Shown here: piece after piece, positions 54,574-64,000 of the stretch
Numbering within the stretch: the first letter of the stretch is position 1
Layout: the number at the start of each line of letters is the position of its first letter
From: Octopus vulgaris
Taxonomy: Eukaryota
Length of the DNA stretch: 64,000 bases
NCBI GenBank assembly: GCA_951406725.2
Contig: OX597824.1
Coordinates: forward strand, 89,404,001 to 89,468,000
Reading direction: 5' to 3'
Translations under genes and position numbers: made by a program
The notes under the pieces: model-generated
Database searches by the model: none
The model's input: only the letters and a program-made list of their open reading frames with translations
What the model was told of the DNA's origin: nothing

Positions 54574-55002
54574 GTGAGTTATTGTCTATTTTGTGTTGTT
54601 GTGAGTGTGTCTGTGTGGGGTGTGTGTGGAATATGTGAGTGTACGTGCGTATAGGAATGTGTTTGCTTCGTCAGAGCTTTGTTGCCACGCCTGCGGCATT
54701 TGTCAGAATTTAGATTTTTTCGAGATGTGTTCTTCTAGGTTAATGACTCAATCTCTCTGACATCTCTCACACAATGGAAATAAAAAATTGAAAAAAAAAT
54801 TACTGATGTAATTCACATAGAAATTGAAAAAAACAACAACATACTTCAAAGTTACAGATTATATATGTATATAACTGCACCGAAACTATGCATATTCTAG
54901 TCGGCAAGGCTGATGAGAGGTATTCTTTTCATTTAGTAATTTGTTTTTTTCTCCCAATGGTTTTCATGTTCTACTTCAAATTTCACGTACAACGACGCCA
55001 TA

Positions 55003-55096
<94 letters not shown>

Positions 55097-55097
55097 G

Positions 55098-55134
<37 letters not shown>

Positions 55135-55216
55135 GTCTATCTATCTAATCTATCTATCAATCTGTCTATCTATCTGTCTATCTGTCTGTCTGTCTATCTG
55201 TGTATCTATCTGTCTT

Positions 55217-55295
<79 letters not shown>

Positions 55296-55357
55296 GTCTG
55301 TCTGTCTGTCTGTCTGTGTATCTGTCTGTCCATCTATCTATCTATTTATTTATCTAT

Positions 55358-55425
<68 letters not shown>

Positions 55426-55671
55426 GCACACGCACACAAATGTCACTTTTGGTCGGCGAACGAGAGAGAGCACTCCACAGCGTGAAACCCGAGTCATAGG
55501 AAAGGAATTTAGCTTAAAACCTATCATCATCCGTCGTCTTGCTGCAAGACATGTTTGTTTAACATTTGTTTTGAGAAATAGCAGCCAAATTTCCCTCAAA
55601 CCACACCCTATTTTGTCAAGAAATCAGAGGCAGAATGACAGAATTTGAAATAATGTGCTTAGTGATAGTAT

Positions 55672-55763
<92 letters not shown>

Positions 55764-56010
55764 TTTTCTCTCGTTCTTTCTTTCTTTTATTTTAATATAT
55801 CTTTAATCTTTCTATCATCCTCCCTCTCACTCTCTTCTTCTTGTTCTTGTTCTTGTTCTTCTTGTTCTTCTTGTTGTTGTTCTTCTTCTTCATCCTCCTC
55901 CTCTTCCTCCTCTCTGAGTCTCTTGAAAAGTGGAACAGCACAACAGAAAATTAGAAACATACAGAACAAAATGAGAAGGAAAAAGAGAAAGAAAGAAAGA
56001 AAGAGAGAGA

Positions 56011-56067
<57 letters not shown>

Positions 56068-56354
56068 ATGGTGGTGCTTTGAAATATATATATTCCATCG
56101 CAAAACTGCTCTTGGGTGACCTACGAATGCATTCAGTTTCGAAAGCATGCGTCATGACTTTCACTTGAAAATGCCTCCGTTCTCTTTCATTATCTAACAA
56201 GAAGTATTTATAAGGAATACAGGGCATTCAAACACGGTAGTAAAGCTGGGACCTACGAAGTATGTTTCTCTTATTTGCCCTCAAAGATGTTCACTCAAGC
56301 TATAGAATCTGGATCAAAATAGACGACAGTCAAAAGCTATAGCATCAGCAAGGC

Positions 56355-56592
56355 CACGCCAGGCGAAATGCTTAGCGGTATTTCGTCTGCCGTTACGTTC
56401 TAGGTTCAAATTCCGCCGAGGTCAACTTTGCCTTTCATCCTTTCGGGGTCGATTAAATAAGTACCAGTTACGCACTGGGATCGATATAATCGACTTAATC
56501 TGTTTGTCTGTCCTTGTTTGTCCCCTCTGTGTTTAGCCCCTTGTGGGTAGTAAAGAAATAGGTATTTCGTCTGCCGTTACGTTCTGAGTTCA
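56355..56592 (+). mobile_element. SINE family B unit plus start of a second unit
   Basis: Tail gtaaagaaatag is joined to gtatttcgtctgccgttacgttctgagttcaa. A family A 3' half follows at 56600-56822. Confidence 0.85.
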
Positions 56593-57774
56593 ATATATAT
56601 ATATATATATTTTGTGTGTGTGTGTATGTGTCAGTATTTGTCTTCCACCATCGCTTGACAACCGATGTTGGTGTGTTTACGTCCCTATAACTTAGCGGTT
56701 CGGCAAAAGAGCCCGGTAGAATAAGTACTGGGCTTACAAAGAATATGTCCTGGAGTCGATTTGTTCGACTAAAGACGGTGCTCCAGCATGGCCGCAGTCA
56801 AATGACTAAAAAACAAGTAAACGAATACAAGAATAATCGAATCGTTATGAAGGTCTACAGGAACGAAAGGGGAACGAAGGGGTTCCATAGCTTAAAAATG
56901 GTCGGGAACCCCTGGTTTTGTCGGTTGAAAGTTAAGGGCTTTCACTTTAGTTCTGCTTTCAGTTGCGTTATGTGAAAGATAGCGAAGATCTTCTGGAAGC
57001 GGTGGTGATGATGTTAAAGGTGATAGTTACATCGACATATGGTAGGAGCCTGTGCGTGAGTGGGTGTGTGGGGGTGTGTATGAGCTGTGTGTGTGTGTGT
57101 GTTTGTGTGTTTGTGTGTGTGTTGGGGGTGGATATCGCAATACTTTCGCCCAACCAAACCACATCCACTTCTTTTCATATTCCAGCACCTATTACTTCTC
57201 TTTTACCTCTCTTGTTTTATTTATTGCCCTCCTCTTTCTCCTCCCCCTCCTCCTCCTCCTCCTCCTCCTCATTATCATCATTATCATCATCATCTTCTTC
57301 TTCTTCTACTTCTTCCTCCTCCTCCTCCTCCTCCTCGTGTAAACTAGCTTTTGTCCTTGAACTCAAGTTCTTTAACGTACACCGAACCCCCCTCTCTCTC
57401 TCCCCTTCCTCTATCTCTCCCTCCCCCTCTCTCTCTCATTCAAAACACACACACACATACACACACACACAAACTCATACACTCACACACAGACTGATAA
57501 ACAAGCACACAAATTCCGTCTCTTTCCCCCCCCTCTCTCTCTCTCACATACATAACAAACACTATATCTGTCTTCGTCTCTTTGTATCTCTGTCTATCTA
57601 CATCTACTTCTCTCTCTCTCTCTCTCTCTCTCTTTCTGTATGTGTGTTTGATATCTCCTTCTTTCTATCTGTCTATCTTTTTTGCTCTCTCTCACCCTCT
57701 CTCTCTCTGTCTCTTTATCTGCAATCAGTTAGAGAAATGTTGAACTGCACCTGTGTGTGTGCGTGCGTGTGCGT

Positions 57775-57810
<36 letters not shown>

Positions 57811-57852
57811 CGGCGTGTGTTTCAGTTCTCGCCATACACTCTTCCTCTATTA

Positions 57853-57892
<40 letters not shown>

Positions 57893-58382
57893 TATAAACA
57901 TCTATTTATATATATATCGCCATCCTGTCATCCTCCACACACAAACACTCAAAAAAGATTCTGATTCTCTTTCCTTGTCTCTCTTCTTCTCCCACACACA
58001 TTCACACATACTTCCATCTACACACACATCACCAGAGTAAGCTAGCATCTCTCATCCCCCCTCCATTCCCCCTCCCTCTGTCTTTCTTCCTCCCTTCCCT
58101 TTCCTCCATCATCTGACCTTGTAAAGCAAACGTCCTTCACCTTGCCCAATACCGTCTGCTTATCTGTCGTCTGATTATCACTTCCTGGAATTTCATATTT
58201 ATAATCTGATAAATCTACCTCTGAAAATTGCTGACTTTTCTGCCTTTACTCTTACATTTCTCTCTTCTTCTTTCATTCCTCATATTATTCTTATTCTTTA
58301 TTCTTTATTCTTCACTCATTCTGCCTTCATTCTCGTTTCACGTTCCTTCACTGCTTCTTACATTTTGTTTAATTTTTATCTC

Positions 58383-58795
58383 GGATCTTTTCGGTTTGAA
58401 CGGCAGTGTTTTTAAAATAATTTCCACGTAACTAAACACTTTTAAACTTCGTATACTGGTAGAATGTGTTTATAAAACATCTTTTTCTCTTGGCTTTATT
58501 GAGAAAATTCTATAGTTTGTAAGATATTTGTTGTTTTTTTTTCTTCAATTTCTGCAATTTCAACCAATCAGTGACGTTTATTGAGGTGAAAACAGTCTGT
58601 GCCGTATGAATATGTCCCTCGTTTAAGAAACAGATTGGGTTTATATACATTTCTGAAGAAAAAAAGATACCCTTCCCTCTAACCCTAACCCTAAAACAGA
58701 TTGAAATGCAATAAATCGATACTAGGGTCATAATTATGGGTGACAATTTCATATGACACCGCTAGAAAAAACTGCCGGTCAAACCGAAAAGATCC
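58383..58795. mobile_element. Merlin-like non-autonomous DNA transposon
   Basis: TIRs GGATCTTTTCGGTTTGA.CGGCAG / CTGCCGGTCAAACCGAAAAGATCC and a 7/8-matching TSD (tttatctc / ttaatctc). Shares subterminal sequence with 12117-12370. Confidence 0.8.
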
Positions 58796-59230
58796 TTAAT
58801 CTCCTCAAATTAATATTTTCCATTACCTTCTCTAATTCCTTCCAATTTTTTTTTCTAATTTTCAGCTATTTTACTTCTGTTTCTTTCATTCTCTATTTCT
58901 CACCTGCATTTATTCATTTATTTAATTAATTAATTATCTTTTTTCGAATTATCATCCTTTTTCGATTATTTTATTCTTCCATCGTATTTGGCTGACGAAA
59001 ACTGTGTGGAAGCCTGTCGTGTGTATCTCTGTGTGTGTATTTGTCTTTCCCAACCACATGGCAACCGGTGTTGGTTTGATTTCAACCCCGTCATTGAGCA
59101 GTTCGGCAAACAGACCGATAAAATAGGTACCAGACTTAAAAATAATTACTGTGCTCAATTTGTTTGACTACATCCCTACATCCATTAAAACGGTGCCATT
59201 ACATGGCCGCAGTCCAATGACTGAAGCAAA

Positions 59231-59622
59231 TTTCTTTCTATATAAAGCTGAAGTTGTCTGTGTGTGGCAGGTTTGGTAGCCTTCAACTAACACTATCTCC
59301 TCCAAGACCCTGCGGCGCAAGTTGACCAAAATTGAGAGTATGATAGAAGAAGGCTTGCTCTTCCTTCCGTAGAAGAAAAAATTCAAATCGGACCATGCTA
59401 ACACCAAAAATTATTTACATCAAAAAGGTGCTTTTTTTCAATGAAAATCCCTATATTTTACGATTTTTTCATTACTGTATCGCCATTTTTCGGTGTATTT
59501 CAACCAGAAAAGTGTTCACTTAAAGAGAATAACAAGCTACATAATGCAAAAGTTTTACTTTTCAAAGATTCTAATTCTAAAGGGTCGAAACAAACCCGAG
59601 CAATGCCGGGCGATACTGCTAG
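59231..59622 (+). mobile_element. Non-autonomous Helitron
   Basis: 5' (tt)tctttTCTATATAAAG, 3' hairpin CCCGAGCAATGCCGGG about 8 nt before CTAG, A|T insertion site, no TSD. It splits the tail of a diverged family A SINE (58985-59230). Confidence 0.75.
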
Positions 59623-60449
59623 TAATGGATAAAGAAAGGATCCATCTTATCATTTATGCATTTTGCTTTCTCTATCAACCTTCTTTGTTCTTTCTCCATC
59701 GTTAAGTTCATCCATCTTACTGCAGATTCTTCTTTCGTCATTCCCACTCCTCGTCTCCTTTCAATTTCTTATTCTTATAGTCTTGTAGTTTTTATCTTTC
59801 GAGCTGTCATTTTTCGGTCTCATTCGCTTCTTTCTTTCGAGCAGTTTATTGCTCTCCTCGTCTTCAGACCCAACAGAATACATTCAACTTCCTACAAATT
59901 CTTATCTGTTTATCATTTCCTGAAAATTTGTCACTAACCTCTATCTACTGTCTGGGTATCTGTCTTTGCCTGGCTGTCTATCTGTCTGTCTCTCTCCATA
60001 TATATATACATGTACATGTACACGTTTGTATGTGGAGGGTGTTACTTTCAACAGTGGAACTTGAAGTAGATAAGGCTATAAATAATAGCTTATAGATAAG
60101 AAATATTTCAATAGAAAAAGCTGAAGGCTGTTCGTGGAACTCGAATCCATTTCTTCTGTAAATATCACAACTATTGTCCCAGAGAAACCTTGCGAACGTC
60201 TCCATCCAGCTTTATCTGCTTCGAATTTCATCGTTAAAAATAAGTTTCTAAACAACGTGCGATCCGATCCTTGCTAGTAAGAACAAAGCTTCCAAATTGG
60301 ATGGCGAAATTCGAAGGATTGCTTTGGTACAATGGTAGAACGTCTGTCGTGTTTACAGATATCCAGTTACGTCATAAATCTGTTCATCGCAACGAAGGAT
60401 TGACTAAAATGTAGAACCTGAGGCACATTACATAATTTTGCACCTTCGT

Positions 60450-60820
60450 CTTTTCTTGCTTCAATCGTTAGACTGCGGCCTTGCTGGAGCAACACCTTGA
60501 GGAATTTTAGTCGAATGGATCAAACCCATCAGTTATTTTTTAAAGCTTGGTACTCATTCTGTCGGTCCCTTTGCCGAACCGCTAAATTATGAGGACGTAA
60601 ATACAGGTTGTCAAATGGTGATGGAAGACAAATACAAACGCAAAGACTCACGCACACACAGATACGACGGGCTTCTTTCAGTTTCCGTCAACGAAATCCA
60701 CTCACACGGCTTTGGTCTGCCCGAATACATAGCAGAAGACACTCACTCAAGGTGCTACGTAGTGAATCTGAACCCGGAACCATGTTATTGGGAAGCAAGC
60801 TTCTTACCACACAGCCACAC
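60450..60820 (-). mobile_element. SINE family A (diverged)
   Basis: Matches the family A body and head. Confidence 0.85.
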
Positions 60821-61896
60821 CTGGTTTCAGTGGGCTGTTCATTTCTTCAGGCATCAGCAAAACAATCTGTCCTAGAGTTGGATAAATGTCTTTGCGATTT
60901 GCAGTAATCTTTCAGGCTCTTAAATATAAGAGCTAACCCTTCTAAGGTTAAATTTGCCTTTCATTAGGGGATCGATAAATAAAGTTCAAGTCGTGTGCCA
61001 GTATTGAACCTTTTGTTCTTAATGCTCTTGTTTGTTTCGCTGTTTTGTTCTGGAAGAAATCAGATCTTTAAGATCTAGAGAAGGATGGGTTCCGCCAGGT
61101 CTAAACCTGTTCAAAACACATTGTATGTGATAACAGCGTCCACATCACTCCATAGCTTTGGCTGCAAAAAAGAGGAAGAGCGACGTCGTCTCGTCACACC
61201 GAAATTCTGAAGACCAATACCGAAGGATCGCCTCCGTCTTGAACAATAACCCCACCTTCCAAACGTCAACTAGTACCACCGCTACTATCGCCTATACAGC
61301 ATGAACCACAACTAACGCGATCACAACTACTCCGAAATCTGTCACCCCCCCACACACACCACCACCACCAACAACAACAAACAAGCAACAGAAAAAGAGG
61401 GGTGTCTATGTGAGCCCTGAACGTGCTAGAAATAGCAGCCACATCTCGAATAAATTGCTCGCTTACCGTCCCATTAAGTGGAATTACAAACTGGACAATA
61501 ATGGCGTCCTAAAAGAAATAGGAAGAGGTGGCTATGGCTGGAATGTCGTTGATATCGCACGTCCACGGAATTAAAGCTGACATAGGGTTAACTAGCACCA
61601 TCACCACCACCACCACCACCACCACCACCACCACTACTACTACTACTACTTACTGCACCTTCACTCCACAAAACCTACCACCACCACTACTACCACAGCA
61701 ACTATTAATTCTACAACCACCACCACCACCACCACCACTACTACTACTATTACTACTACTGCACCTTCACTCCACAAAACCTACCACCACCACTACTACA
61801 ACAGCAACTATTAATTCTACAACCACCATCACCACAGCCACTACCCTCACCACCACCAACATCAACAACACTACTACTACAACTACTACAACTACA

Positions 61897-61945
<49 letters not shown>

Positions 61946-62577
61946 TTACTACTACTACTACTATTACTACTACTGCACCTTCACTCCACAAAACCTACCA
62001 TCACCACCACCACAACTACCATCACCACCACCACCACCACCATCACCACCACTACTACTACTACTAATACTACTATGACAACATCCCTTAACATATACAC
62101 CCCAGCCTTTATCGAAAGACTATTTTAAGTAAGTCCCGTTGTGTTGTAACAGGGTATCGGGTGTCGGAGTTAGAACATATACTACATCTATTTCAGGGTA
62201 CATCGGGGATGCCTATCTGTAGATCCCTGCAATGGAAGGGTGGAGGAAGAGTAGGAGAAGGAGGAGAATAGGGGCAGATGGGAGAGGAAGAGAAGAATAG
62301 GGTCACCAACATATTGCACAATTATACACACACACGTAAGAACACGTACACGCGCGTGTACACACATACATATATAAGTATATATTTGTATATGCATGTA
62401 TGTATATGTATGTTATTTGTATACTACATATACACACATACATATATATGTATGTAGTTGTATATATACATATATATATGCGTGTGTGTGTATGTATATA
62501 AATATATATATGCAAATACATATGGTTCAAATTGGTTCAAATTGGTATTATTTAATAATATTAATTTCTAGCATTAT

Positions 62578-62626
<49 letters not shown>

Positions 62627-62700
62627 TACATATATATATATATGAAATATATATGCATTTTATCAGTATCTATGTTTATTTTATATATTTATATATGCAC

Positions 62701-62743
<43 letters not shown>

Positions 62744-62976
62744 GCAGAGCAATTTGACATTCACCTTTTGCAAAACGTCTGAAAGCCGTACCGACTCACC
62801 GTGTCCCTGGGGCGGTGAAATTCCACCACCCAACCCGCTCTCCAAAATATAGCATATGTCACTCCATAGGAATTTTACTACAATTGACGCTATTCAACTT
62901 ACAACAGTTGCGGGTCGTTAGCACATCTTGAGGTTAAAATGCATGTTGTACATAGTATACGGTTATTATTAATATT

Positions 62977-63330
62977 CTTTTCTACTCTAGGCACAAGGCC
63001 CGAAATTTGGGGGGAGAGGGGGCCAGTCGAAAGGATGAAAGGCAAATTCGACCTCGGAGGAATTTGAACTCAGAACGTAGCGGCAGACGAAATACCTATT
63101 TCTTTATTATACACAAGGGGCTAAACACAGAGAGGACAAACAAGGACAGACAAACGGATTAAGTCGATTACATCGACCCCAGTGCGTAACTGGTACTTAT
63201 TTTAATCGACCCCGAAAGGACGAAAGGCAAAGTCGACCTCGGTAGAATTTGAACTCAGAACATAACGACAGACGAAATACCGCTAAGCATTTCGCCCGGC
63301 GTGCTAACGTTTCTGCCAGCTCGCCGCCTT
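62977..63330 (-). mobile_element. SINE family B dimer/chimera with 16-bp TSD
   Basis: Full unit plus a second unit starting at gtatttcgtctgcc and ending in the alternative tail. TSD ggttattattaatatt (62961-62976) / ggttataattaatatt (63331-63346). Confidence 0.85.
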
Positions 63331-64000
63331 GGTTATAATTAATATTATAGTGAATAAGACATCTCTCGTCTCTCTTCAGTAAATCCTCAGAGAGATCCAG
63401 CAGCATTTGGTAGTGAATGTAAGGGAGATAACCTACTTCTGGTGAAAAAGGAAATTGAAACTTACAGGGAACATTAACATTTATACTAGTGATCGCTTAC
63501 ATGTTTGTATATGTATAATGTGGGCGTATGAACATGTATATATACATACTTGTATATAGATAAGTATGTGTATATATGTATATACATACTTGTATATACA
63601 TAAGTATGTGCACATATGTGCATACATGTATCCATGCTTGTATGTATACGTAGTTTTGCCTATATATATAAGCAGGTTTATATGCAAATAAATGTCTGTG
63701 TATGTATTGTGTTTGTATGTATGTTTGTATGTATGTATCTATCTGTCTATCTATCTACCTATCTATTTATCTATCTATCTGTCTGTCTATCTACTTATGT
63801 AACCAAGCCTTGAGAATCTTTACTGATACTTATAAAACAATGATGCACCATCCAAGATATCTTAATACCACCGAGGAGATATTGAGATATACTATAATAT
63901 GTAATATGGTAATCTTCTATAAGTAATAACATTAGCACTAATACAATAAATAGGACCTCTTATAACTATAGGCCTAATATGCAATGCTATATAATATATA

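Noticed and set aside
58676-58696. Telomeric (TTAGGG)n
   Set aside because: Only about two units, and they are internal to a DNA transposon.
61155-61303. Possible terminal exon LAAKKRKSDVV...AYTA*
   Set aside because: Weak acceptor, and its phase (1) does not match the exon 4 donor (phase 0).
62800-62930. Minus-strand exon ending at ACG|gtgagt
   Set aside because: Good donor, but all frames from the nearest strong acceptor contain stops and no partner exon was found.

Overview
Eukaryotic, AT-rich, microsatellite-saturated genomic DNA. The tRNA-derived SINE families, LINE remnants and (TA)n/(CATA)n/(CTAT)n/(CTA)n density suggest an Octopus (coleoid cephalopod) genome; this is inferred from recognition, not from a search. 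Almost all ORF-track entries are translated microsatellites. One real + strand spliced gene can be built by hand from four phase-compatible exons (30055-30120, 47713-48016, 48750-48920, 54356-54573; 253 codons, 3' end not found). It encodes an uncharacterised protein with a possible PH/GRAM-like module and a Cys string. The rest is dead or non-autonomous mobile DNA: Tx1/L1-like, RTE, CR1-like and R4/Dong-like LINE fragments, a mariner, Merlin-, piggyBac- and Tigger-like MITEs, a Helitron, and several SINE families. The most interesting non-gene signals are (i) a well-formed type I hammerhead ribozyme at 34720-34791 (-); (ii) several microsatellite-embedded short repeats carrying variant or degenerate hammerhead cores, often in inverted arrangements as in Penelope-like pLTRs or retrozymes; and (iii) a SINE that recurs as head-to-tail multimers with an identical junction at three loci.
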